From Bacteroidales bacterium (GTDB taxonomy: Bacteria; Bacteroidota; Bacteroidia; Bacteroidales; UBA1402), in NCBI GenBank assembly GCA_045627385.1, contig JAZQNO010000025.1, forward strand, positions 5,147 through 69,146: 64,000 nucleotides of DNA. The letters run 5' to 3'. This document shows, in pieces, positions 19,428 through 27,592 of this stretch; position 1 is the stretch's first letter; every line of letters starts with the position of its first letter. The position numbers were made by a program, and so were the translations under genes. The notes under the pieces were generated by a model, which saw only the letters and a program-made list of their open reading frames with translations, ran no database searches and was not told the DNA's origin.

Positions 19428-21737
19428 TCAGAATCTGAGCGTGAGCCTGCCCGTCAGGTGGGTTCCGGCCTGGGTGAAATAGCCGGCCTCCTGGCGGCGC
19501 TGTCCGTCGAGGAAATAGCTCCAGACCCAGCCGCTCGACTCGTATGACTCGTTGAAAAGGTTGTAAACGAAGATGTCAAGCCTGACTTGCGGCTTTATCT
19601 GGCATCCGGCTTGAAGTTGTGAAATGAAATAGGGATCCAGGCTGCGTTGTAGGCAGGAAGTGTTGTCGAGGTACTGACGTCCGACGTAGGAACTGCCCAG
19701 CCGGGCCGACCAGATGCCTTGCCCGATGACAAGCGATTGGTTGGCCACCAGAGCGGGGGAGAAGGAAATGTCGGTCGATTCGTGGTAAATCTGCGTTTGC
19801 GGCAGCTCGTTCCAAGCCGCGTCGTAGGTGTCGACATATTCGGTGAAACCTTGGATGCGGTTCCGGCTCAGACAGGCATTGGCTTCCCAGTTCAGCCAGG
19901 AGGCCAGACGGACGCCGGCCTGCAGTTCCAGCCCGAGCCGATAGCTGTCGGGCGTATTGACGGTCAGAGGCTCTCCGACGATGCTGATCTGTCCGTTCTG
20001 CACCAGCTGGTCGCGGTATTTCATATAATAGACGCCAGCTTGTACGCTCCAACTGTCAGACTGGAAGGCGTAGCCGGCTTCCCAGTCGAAAAGCGTTTCG
20101 GCCTGGGCGCTGGCCCCATCGCTGATGCTGTAGAGAATCAGGTCGCGGTTGGGTTCGTGCCGGGCTACGGCAAAGGAAGCGTAGGCGCTGTGTCTGCCGC
20201 TGCGGTAGTGCAGCCCGGCTTTCGGGTTGAAGAAGGGAAACAGGCGGCGACGGTCGAAGCGCTCGGCTATTCCGACGACATCGTCGTTTCCTTTCAGCCG
20301 GTAATCGATGAAACGGTATTGCAGGTCGGCGTAGGCGCTCCATCGGGCAGACAGTTGACATTCGCCCTGGGCATAGAGGTTGAAATCGCGCTTGTCGCCG
20401 GTGTTGAAATAATAGCGGTAGCCGTACGCTTCGTCGCGGAGGCTCTGCGGGCTCTGCGCGGCAGAGCCCGCAGGAAACGTTTCCTGATAGGGAAGAAGGT
20501 CCCGGAGGCTCGGGTCCGCCGCCTGAACGACGCGTCCGAAGTGCCTGCCGATGAAGCGGTTGGCGCTGGCTCCCAGATGCACTTTCATACGCTCGCTTTG
20601 GTAATTGGTTCGCAGCATGATTCCGTAGAAATCTTCCGACAGCCATTTGCGTCTGACCAGATCGGTGCGGCTGTCGGGACTTCCGGCCAGCCGGTCGAGG
20701 GCGTAATCCCCATACAGGGCGTCTTCGACATATTCTTCGTAATGTCCTTTGCCGTCGGTGTAATGGAGCGTCGCGTGCAGGCTCCATCGTGCATCCAGCA
20801 CTTGAGAATAAAGCAGATGATAATGATGTTGCCAGAAATTGTCGGTCTGGTTGTCGTAGAAACGCTCCGCTCCGCTGTCGTCGTGATACAGACCGCAACT
20901 GTTGTAGCGGCGGTTGAGAGCGAGCATGTCCGATGGGACTCCGTTCCATGACTGATAAGTCTTTTCGGCATTGCCGAAGGTGCGCAACTTTATCTGCGCG
21001 TTCCCAAAATAGGCTGTCGCCGTGAAATGGTAGGCGTCCATTCTGACGGCGGCACGCTCGATGAACCCGTCGCTGCGGACATCGGAGAGACGCCCGTCCA
21101 GGACGAAACGGTCTTTCAACAGCCCGGTGCTGCCTTTCAGCGTGTTGGTGTAGGAGTTGAAACTGCCCGCAGACGACTGCCATTCCAAAAATGGTTCCAT
21201 GGAGGGCTTTTCGCTGACCATCATCACGCTGGCGCCGAAAGCGGAGGCCCCGTTGGTGGAAGTGCCGGCTCCGCGCTGAATTTGCAGGTCGGAAAGCCCC
21301 GTGCCGATGTCGGGCATATTGACCCAGAACAGAATCTGGTCTTCAGCTCCGTTCAGGGGAATGCCGTCGAGAGTGAAATTGATGCGAGTGGCGTCGGTCC
21401 CACGGATGCGCAGGCTGCTGTAGCCGGTCCCGGACCCTCCGTCGGAAGTGAGCGTGAGCGCAGGCGTTCCGGCCAGCAGATAGGGGAGCGACTGTCCCGA
21501 ACTCTGTTGTTGGAGCTGTTCGCCGTCGATGTCGTTGTGGGCGATAGGAGTGGTGGAACCGGCCTGAGTGGCCATTACGGAAACCTCGTGAAGTTCGAGC
21601 ATCCGCAGCGAGTCGGCTCCTGTTTCGCCTGTCATGCCGACGGTGCCGTCAGAAAAGATTCCGCCTGCTTCTGCGGAAAGGCCGGCCAGCAGAAAACCGG
21701 CCGCGACTAAAATCTCTTTTTTCATAAACAATGCCAT
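19428..21737 (-). CDS. TonB-dependent outer-membrane receptor, probable thiamine uptake
   Basis: Signal peptide, plug SDGGSGTGYSSLRIRGTDATRIN..DGIPLN, QIQRGAGTSTNG, NLFNESY, C-terminal F. Directly downstream of a TPP riboswitch. Alternative ATG at 21725. Confidence 0.85.
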   Translation of the reverse strand: MALFMKKEILVAAGFLLAGLSAEAGGIFSDGTVGMTGETGADSLRMLELHEVSVMATQAGSTTPIAHNDIDGEQLQQQSSGQSLPYLLAGTPALTLTSDGGSGTGYSSLRIRGTDATRINFTLDGIPLNGAEDQILFWVNMPDIGTGLSDLQIQRGAGTSTNGASAFGASVMMVSEKPSMEPFLEWQSSAGSFNSYTNTLKGSTGLLKDRFVLDGRLSDVRSDGFIERAAVRMDAYHFTATAYFGNAQIKLRTFGNAEKTYQSWNGVPSDMLALNRRYNSCGLYHDDSGAERFYDNQTDNFWQHHYHLLYSQVLDARWSLHATLHYTDGKGHYEEYVEDALYGDYALDRLAGSPDSRTDLVRRKWLSEDFYGIMLRTNYQSERMKVHLGASANRFIGRHFGRVVQAADPSLRDLLPYQETFPAGSAAQSPQSLRDEAYGYRYYFNTGDKRDFNLYAQGECQLSARWSAYADLQYRFIDYRLKGNDDVVGIAERFDRRRLFPFFNPKAGLHYRSGRHSAYASFAVARHEPNRDLILYSISDGASAQAETLFDWEAGYAFQSDSWSVQAGVYYMKYRDQLVQNGQISIVGEPLTVNTPDSYRLGLELQAGVRLASWLNWEANACLSRNRIQGFTEYVDTYDAAWNELPQTQIYHESTDISFSPALVANQSLVIGQGIWSARLGSSYVGRQYLDNTSCLQRSLDPYFISQLQAGCQIKPQVRLDIFVYNLFNESYESSGWVWSYFLDGQRRQEAGYFTQAGTHLTGRLTLRF

Positions 21738-21796
21738 TGATCCCTACTGTCAAGGGAACGGACCATAAAAAAAGAGGGGATGGTTTGATGCAGTGT

Positions 21797-21880
21797 CTTA
21801 TTTTTCCTACGCCGGCATTACCCGGATCAGGTTCATAAGGGTATGATCTCAGCCTTACAGTTTGGCACCCCTGAAATATC
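21797..21880 (-). ncRNA. TPP (thiamine pyrophosphate) riboswitch
   Basis: Minus strand reads AGGGGTGCC..GGCTGAGATCATACCCTTATGAACCTGATCCGGGTAATGCCGGCGTAGGAA, the canonical THI-box, upstream of TBDR-pnuC-thiN. Confidence 0.95.
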
Positions 21881-21884
21881 GCCG

Positions 21885-21916
21885 CAAAGTTAGCGGCTTT
21901 TTGCAAATCCGGCAAA
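21885..21916 (-). promoter_or_regulatory. Bacteroidetes primary-sigma promoter for the thiamine operon
   Basis: TTTG-N20-TAACTTTG on the minus strand immediately upstream of the riboswitch. Confidence 0.8.
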
Positions 21917-21930
21917 GCCGAACGGATTTT

Positions 21931-22962
21931 TTAAAGTTTCGCCAGCCGTTTTTTCCAAGCTTCGCGGGCCAGCTGCTGCATGTCGCGCACCGTGTCCTGC
22001 TCGTCGACGATTTCACTGCCGAGCAAGGTCTCGATGACGTCCTCCAGCGTGATGATGCCCTGGAAACTGCCGTATTCGTTGATGACGGCGGCAATCTGTT
22101 CGTCGTGTCCCAGCATTTCGTCCCAAATCTGGTCGAGCGGCGTGTCTTCCGCAAAACTGGCGATGTCGCGGCGCAGCGAGCCCAGCGTGACGTCGAAACG
22201 GTCTTCGGCCAGCATCTGCAGCGCATCCATGCGCAGAATGTATCCGGTGATGTATTCGTCGTTGTCCGCATACACGGGAATGCGGCTGTGGTGATGGTAG
22301 TTCTTGTCCTGATAGAACTGCTTGAGCGTCATCGATTCGGGTGCGATGGCGGCCACCACGCGCGGCGTCATCACGTCGCCGGCGGTCACTTCGTCCATGT
22401 TGATGAGGTTCTGGATGATGGTGTTCTCGTCTTCCTCCAGGTCGCCTTCTTCCTCAGCCACATTGGCCATGGCGCTGACTTCTTCGCGCGAAACGGCGGT
22501 CTCTTTTTCGTCGGGAGTGATGAGACGGGTGACATATTCGATGAGAGCCACAAAGGGATACATCAAATAAATGAGCCCTTGAATGGTGATTGCGGCGAAT
22601 CCGGTAAGCGATTTCCATCGGGTGGTGCCGATGGTCTTGGGAATGATTTCAGAAAAGATCAGTATGAGAATGGTGGTGACGGCGCTGACCAGACCGAACC
22701 ATTCGGAACCGAAAACCAGGGTGGCCTGACGGCCGACGCCGGCGGCACCGATGGTGTTGGCAATGGTGTTGAGACTCAAAATGGCGGCGATGGGCCGAGA
22801 GGATTCCTGTTTGAACTTTTTGAAACGGCCGGCCTGCCGGTGACCCTCGTCTTCAATCATGGTGATGTAGGAGATAGGGGTGGACATCAGGGTCGCTTCC
22901 AGTATCGAACAGAGGAAGGAGATGGCCATGGCGCCGAACAGAAATATGAAGAGGAGTCCCAT
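21931..22962 (-). CDS. CNNM/DUF21-CBS (hemolysin-family/CorB-like) membrane protein
   Basis: SFLCSILEATLMS, ILSLNTIANTIGA, FSEIIPKTIG, VMTPR, HSRIPVY, NEYGSFQGIITLEDVIETLLGSEIVDEQD. Start at ATG 22962. Confidence 0.9.
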   Translation of the reverse strand: MGLLFIFLFGAMAISFLCSILEATLMSTPISYITMIEDEGHRQAGRFKKFKQESSRPIAAILSLNTIANTIGAAGVGRQATLVFGSEWFGLVSAVTTILILIFSEIIPKTIGTTRWKSLTGFAAITIQGLIYLMYPFVALIEYVTRLITPDEKETAVSREEVSAMANVAEEEGDLEEDENTIIQNLINMDEVTAGDVMTPRVVAAIAPESMTLKQFYQDKNYHHHSRIPVYADNDEYITGYILRMDALQMLAEDRFDVTLGSLRRDIASFAEDTPLDQIWDEMLGHDEQIAAVINEYGSFQGIITLEDVIETLLGSEIVDEQDTVRDMQQLAREAWKKRLAKL

Positions 22963-22989
22963 ATAGGAAAAGAATTGATTTGTCGGGCA

Positions 22990-23021
22990 CAAAGGTAAAT
23001 CAATGGCGGCAAATTCCCAAA
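22990..23021 (-). promoter_or_regulatory. Bacteroidetes promoter for the CNNM gene
   Basis: TTTG-N20-TACCTTTG on the minus strand. Confidence 0.75.
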
Positions 23022-23120
23022 TGACGCCCTGAGACTGCCTTCCCGGAAAAAAGATTAGATTCCGAAGGAAAATTGCAACATTTCCGCTTGAACGAAACCG
23101 ATTCTCAGCAGTCAAAGAAG

Positions 23121-23128
23121 TATATTTG
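23121..23128 (+). promoter_or_regulatory. -7 promoter element (TATATTTG) upstream of GH142-like gene
   Basis: TAnnTTTG match in the divergent intergenic region. -33 element not evident. Confidence 0.5.
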
Positions 23129-23186
23129 CGGAGCGCTCGGAAACGAACGCGTCACGACAACGGACAACAAACCAAAACAATTCGAT

Positions 23187-24824
23187 ATGAGGAAAATCAT
23201 GCTTATGGTGTGCATCGGCCTGATGGCCTTTGCCAACCCGGTATCCGTGCAGGCCGGCAAAAAAGCCCGCCGCGCATCGGACAAACAGACATCCCTGTCA
23301 CAGGCTCAAGTGCTGAAAGCCGACGACTACAGGCACTATGCCGAGTATTTCAACCGCATGGAGCCGGAAAACATCGTCCAGGCCATTCCCAATGCCGATG
23401 CCTGGCAGTGGATGGAAAAGAACATTCCGCTTTTCGCCTGCCCGCAGGACAACTTCGAGGAAATCTGGTATTTCCGCTGGTGGTCCTACCGCAAGGGCAT
23501 CCGCGAGACACCGCTGGGATACGCTTTCAACGAATTTCTCGTACAGCGCAGCTATTCGGACAAATACAACATCATCGCCTGCGCCATCGGCCATCAGCTG
23601 ATGGAAGGCCGCTGGCTGCACACCAGCCAATACATGGACGATTATCTCCACATCTGGTATCGCGGCAACGACGGCAAGCCGATGTCGAAACTCGGCAAGT
23701 TCAGTTCCTGGACCCCCTACGCCGTCTGGGAACGCTATCTGGTCAACCAGGACGCCGATTGGATGCTGGACATGCTGCCCGACCTGGATGCCGATTATGA
23801 AGTGTGGATGCAGTATCATCCCTGGCCCGAAGGGCTTTATGGCCAGCGTGACGTGTCGGACGGTATGGAAGAGTCCATCAGTGGAGGCCGCCGCGTCTAC
23901 AATGCCCGTCCGACCATCAACAGCTATATGTACGGAAACGCCGTCGTTCTGGCTCGGATGTACGATCTGCAGGCTGCCCGTCTGCAGGCTGCCGGACAGG
24001 ATGCCGCCAAGGCTTTGGAACGCAAGGCCCTTTACGAAGAACGTGCCGCCAAGATGCGCCAGTCTGTTCAGGAATACCTTTGGAACGACGAACAGCAGTT
24101 CTTTGAAACCCGTCAGGAGCAGGACCGTCAGCTGGCCAATGTGCGTGAAGCCATCGGCTTCATTCCCTGGTATTTCAATCTGCCAGAGCAGGGCGCAGGC
24201 AAGCCGGACTATCAGGCCGCCTGGAAACAGGTGACCGACCCCAAGGGCTTTCTCGCTCCTTACGGACTCACTACAGCTGAACGCCGTCATCCGGCCTTCC
24301 GCACGCACGGAGTGGGCAGCTGTGAATGGGACGGCGCCGTTTGGCCTTTTGCCACTTCGCAGACGATGACGGCCATGGCCAACGTGCTCAACGACTATTC
24401 TCAGAACTATGTCAACGACAGTGTTTATTTCAAGCTGATGGAACTCTATGTGGAGTCGCAGTACAAGCGCGGCCGTCCCTATGTGGGCGAGTATCTCGAC
24501 GAGACCACGGGCTACTGGCTCAAGGGCGATCAGGAACGCAGCTACTACTACAACCATTCCACTTTCGCCGACCTGATGATCACCGGTCTGATGGGTCTGC
24601 GTCCCAGAACCGACAACGTGCTGGAAGTGCATCCTCTGATTCCTGAAAAGAACTGGGACTGGTTCTGTCTCGACAATATCCTGTACCACGGCCGTATCAT
24701 CACCATCCTCTGGGACAAGGACGGAAGCCGCTTCGGACGTGGCGCCGGTTTCCAGCTGCTGGTCGACGGCAAGAAACTCGTCTCTTCGCCCCGTCTTGAA
24801 CCGCTTCAGGCCGAAATGAAATGA
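23187..24824 (+). CDS. GH142-like beta-L-arabinofuranosidase, resembling the C-terminal module of BT1020
   Basis: Own signal peptide. DDYRHYAEYFNRMEPENIVQAIPN, NIPLFACPQDNFEEIWYFRWW, DGMEESISG, RPTINSYMYGNA, CEWDGAVWPFAT, YNHSTFAD. Recalled similarity. Confidence 0.75.
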   Translation: MRKIMLMVCIGLMAFANPVSVQAGKKARRASDKQTSLSQAQVLKADDYRHYAEYFNRMEPENIVQAIPNADAWQWMEKNIPLFACPQDNFEEIWYFRWWSYRKGIRETPLGYAFNEFLVQRSYSDKYNIIACAIGHQLMEGRWLHTSQYMDDYLHIWYRGNDGKPMSKLGKFSSWTPYAVWERYLVNQDADWMLDMLPDLDADYEVWMQYHPWPEGLYGQRDVSDGMEESISGGRRVYNARPTINSYMYGNAVVLARMYDLQAARLQAAGQDAAKALERKALYEERAAKMRQSVQEYLWNDEQQFFETRQEQDRQLANVREAIGFIPWYFNLPEQGAGKPDYQAAWKQVTDPKGFLAPYGLTTAERRHPAFRTHGVGSCEWDGAVWPFATSQTMTAMANVLNDYSQNYVNDSVYFKLMELYVESQYKRGRPYVGEYLDETTGYWLKGDQERSYYYNHSTFADLMITGLMGLRPRTDNVLEVHPLIPEKNWDWFCLDNILYHGRIITILWDKDGSRFGRGAGFQLLVDGKKLVSSPRLEPLQAEMK

Positions 24825-24849
24825 CAATCAACCATCAAACCATTATAAG

Positions 24850-26526
24850 ATGAAAATCATCAAAACTTTTTGTCTGACGATCTGTCTGATTTCTGCTGTT
24901 ACAATCAGTGCGCAGTATCCGAGAATTCCTAATGAACTTCAGGATTCGGCCAATGTTGCAGCCTTCCAAAAGAGTCAAGCCTACCAGCCGCTTCGCGCCG
25001 AAGCTATGCAAACCGTTCAGCAGGAGGCAGAACAGGGACGCCCCTACATTCCATGGGCATCCCGCCCCGAAGATCTTCCTCAGGCATCCATTCCCGCATT
25101 TCCCGGTGCTGAAGGTGCTGGCGCCTACACATTTGGAGGACGTGGTGGCAAGGTCTTGGTAGTGACCAATCTCAACGATAGCGGTGAAGGCTCTCTGCGC
25201 TGGGCCTGCGAGCAGGGCGGTGCCCGAATCGTGGTATTCAACGTAGCAGGTATCATCCGTCTGGAAGCGCCTATCGAGATTTCGGCTCCCTATATCACCA
25301 TAGCCGGCCAGTCGGCTCCTGGTGACGGTGTTTGCATTGCCGGTGCCACCGTCAGCATCAACACGCACGATGTCGTTCTCCGTCATCTGCGTTTCCGTCG
25401 TGGAGCTATGGAAGTGACCAGTCGTGACGACGCCGTGGGCGGCAATCCGGTTGGCAACATCATGATTGACCATTGTTCAGCATCGTGGGGACTCGACGAG
25501 AATATCTCCTTCTATCGCCACATGTATCGCGGACGCAAGCTGCCGACCGTGAACGTGACCATTCAGAATACCATTTCAAGCGAGGCCTTGGATACTTACA
25601 ATCATGCCTTTGGAAGCACCATTGGCGGTGAAAACTGTACTTTCATCCGCAATCTCTGGGCTTGCAATATCTCCCGCAATCCATCTGTCGGAATGGGCGG
25701 CGATTTCAATCTCATCAACTGCGTTCTCTTCAACTGGTGGAACCGAACTATGGACGGCGGTGACAATAGCAGTCGCTGGAACGTGCTGGGCAACTACTAC
25801 AAACCCGGCCCGATGACACCTGCTGATGACCCCGTTTCCTATCGCATTTCCAAGCCTGAAACCGGTAGAGACCAGTCACATAAGGAAGTATACGGACAGA
25901 TTTTCGCCAAAGGCAATGTGGTGGAAGGAAACAAGGCCGTCTCCCGCGACAACTGGAACGGAGGCATCCAGCCAGCCGGTGTCGCCGGTCCCGATTCTCT
26001 GCTCAAGGCCATCCGCTCCGACAAGCCTTTCCCGATGCAGTTTCCGATGAAGAAAGTGATGAAGGCCAAAAAAGCCTACAAGTTCGTCGTGAAGAACGCT
26101 GGTGCCACATGGCCCCGCCGCGATGCCGTAGACAGCCGCGTCATTGAATTCGTCCAAACCGGAAATCCCTATTATGTGGAAGGCGAATACGAACAGACGC
26201 CCTACGTGAAGCGTCGTCTTGCCCCGGATTCCTACAAGCAGGGCATCATCTACCATCCCAATCAGGTGGGTGGCTATCCCGAATATAAGGGTGTGGCCTA
26301 CAAGGATAGCGATATGGATGGTATGCCCGACGCCTGGGAGATTAAGTACGGACTGAATCCGAATGATCCGTCCGATGCTGTGAAAGACTGCAATGGCGAC
26401 GGCTACACGAACATTGAGAAATTCATCAACGGTATGAATCCGAAGAAGAAAATCGACTGGACAAATCCCAAAAACAATCACGATACCTTGGCCAAATGCA
26501 AGGCTCCTTTGTACGGAACCGAGTGA
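24850..26526 (+). CDS. Pectate lyase, PL1 family (BT1023-like)
   Basis: PAFPGAEGAG..TFGGRGG, VTNLNDSGEGSLR, TIAGQSAPGDG, IDHCSASWGLDE, RNP, C-terminal DSDMDGMPDAWE..GYTNIE. Confidence 0.9.
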   Translation: MKIIKTFCLTICLISAVTISAQYPRIPNELQDSANVAAFQKSQAYQPLRAEAMQTVQQEAEQGRPYIPWASRPEDLPQASIPAFPGAEGAGAYTFGGRGGKVLVVTNLNDSGEGSLRWACEQGGARIVVFNVAGIIRLEAPIEISAPYITIAGQSAPGDGVCIAGATVSINTHDVVLRHLRFRRGAMEVTSRDDAVGGNPVGNIMIDHCSASWGLDENISFYRHMYRGRKLPTVNVTIQNTISSEALDTYNHAFGSTIGGENCTFIRNLWACNISRNPSVGMGGDFNLINCVLFNWWNRTMDGGDNSSRWNVLGNYYKPGPMTPADDPVSYRISKPETGRDQSHKEVYGQIFAKGNVVEGNKAVSRDNWNGGIQPAGVAGPDSLLKAIRSDKPFPMQFPMKKVMKAKKAYKFVVKNAGATWPRRDAVDSRVIEFVQTGNPYYVEGEYEQTPYVKRRLAPDSYKQGIIYHPNQVGGYPEYKGVAYKDSDMDGMPDAWEIKYGLNPNDPSDAVKDCNGDGYTNIEKFINGMNPKKKIDWTNPKNNHDTLAKCKAPLYGTE

Positions 26527-26604
26527 GTTTTGTCCAAGTTGGCAATTTTTGTCAGTAAATAATCAAAAAAGGTATTTCCCCTGTCGAGGATAGGACGTAC
26601 TTTT

Positions 26605-26643
26605 GTTTTCCGATGCCGTCAAGGCACCGGAAAACTTTTTTTT
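26605..26643 (+). terminator. Intrinsic terminator after the GH142-PL1 genes
   Basis: GTTTTCCGATGCC-GTCAA-GGCACCGGAAAAC hairpin followed by a T-run. Confidence 0.7.
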
Positions 26644-26695
26644 CTGTCCTTTCGCAGGGTTCGCGTGAAGGCGTTTATTAAAAAACACTTTGGAA

Positions 26696-27592
26696 ATGAA
26701 GAAAAAATTTCAAGGAGTAGTGGTCCCTATGGCCACACCGCTGAAGGCGGATCTGACGATTGATACCGATGCGGTTGTCCGCATCATGCGGCGATTTGCC
26801 GAAAACAGCATTTCGCCTCTCGTGTTGGGCACGACTGGCGAGTCGGCTTCGGTGGGAGAGACTGAAAGCCTCCGTTTTGTCCGTGCCGCTGTCGCAGCCA
26901 GAGCTGCCGGCCAGCAAGTCTATGCCGGACTGGTGGGCAACGATGTCCGTCAGCTGGTCCGTCTGGGCAACCTCTATGCCGAAGCCGGCGCCGATGCCGT
27001 CGTTTCGACTTTGCCATCGTATTACATCCTCACTCCGGAGCAGATGAAAGCTTTCTATCTGACCCTGGCCGAGGAGGTGAAGGCACCCATTTTCATGTAC
27101 AACATCAAAGCGACCACCCAGATGTCCATTCCTCTCGAAGTGGCCGAAGAACTGAGCCGTCATCCCAATATCGCCGGTCTGAAGGATTCGGAACGCGATG
27201 AGGAAAAGATGAAGGCCAGCATCGCCGCTTTCAAGGACCGTGCCGATTTCTCCTTCTTCTGCGGATGGGGAGCCCAAGGCGGCAACAGCCTGAAACTCGG
27301 AGCGGACGGCATTGTGCCCAGCACGGGCAACATCGTGCCTGAACTTTACGGAAAACTCTACAAGGCTTTCGTCGCCGGCGATTTCGCCGCCGTCGACCGT
27401 TGCCAGGCCCTGACCGACCAGGTCGGCGCCGTCTATCAGAAGGGCCGCACGCTGGGCCAGTCGCTGGCTGCTCTCAAGGCTATCATGCAGAGCCAAGGTC
27501 TGTGCGGAACCACCATGATGCCGCCGCTCACGGCTTACGATGAGAAAGAAAACCAACAGATTGTCAACCAATTCAATTTATTGTCATTATGA
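26696..27592 (+). CDS. DHDPS-family pyruvate aldolase 2 (candidate Dha aldolase)
   Basis: LGTTGE, PSYY, YNIKATT, GLKDSE (Schiff-base Lys), GADGIVPSTGN. Confidence 0.85.
   Translation: MKKKFQGVVVPMATPLKADLTIDTDAVVRIMRRFAENSISPLVLGTTGESASVGETESLRFVRAAVAARAAGQQVYAGLVGNDVRQLVRLGNLYAEAGADAVVSTLPSYYILTPEQMKAFYLTLAEEVKAPIFMYNIKATTQMSIPLEVAEELSRHPNIAGLKDSERDEEKMKASIAAFKDRADFSFFCGWGAQGGNSLKLGADGIVPSTGNIVPELYGKLYKAFVAGDFAAVDRCQALTDQVGAVYQKGRTLGQSLAALKAIMQSQGLCGTTMMPPLTAYDEKENQQIVNQFNLLSL

Noticed and set aside
21931-22962. 'Hemolysin' virulence factor
   Set aside because: DUF21-CBS proteins are widespread CNNM/CorB-type divalent-cation transport proteins; the name is a legacy annotation.
18122-23100. 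Thiamine/CNNM block as a transposon or integrative element
   Set aside because: No transposase or integrase, and I saw no terminal inverted repeats or target-site duplication.
8584-27592. Calling either DHDPS-family gene dapA (lysine biosynthesis) or nanA
   Set aside because: The DapA-specific Arg is missing, both are coupled to sugar-acid symporters, and no nanE/nanK/nagA genes are nearby.
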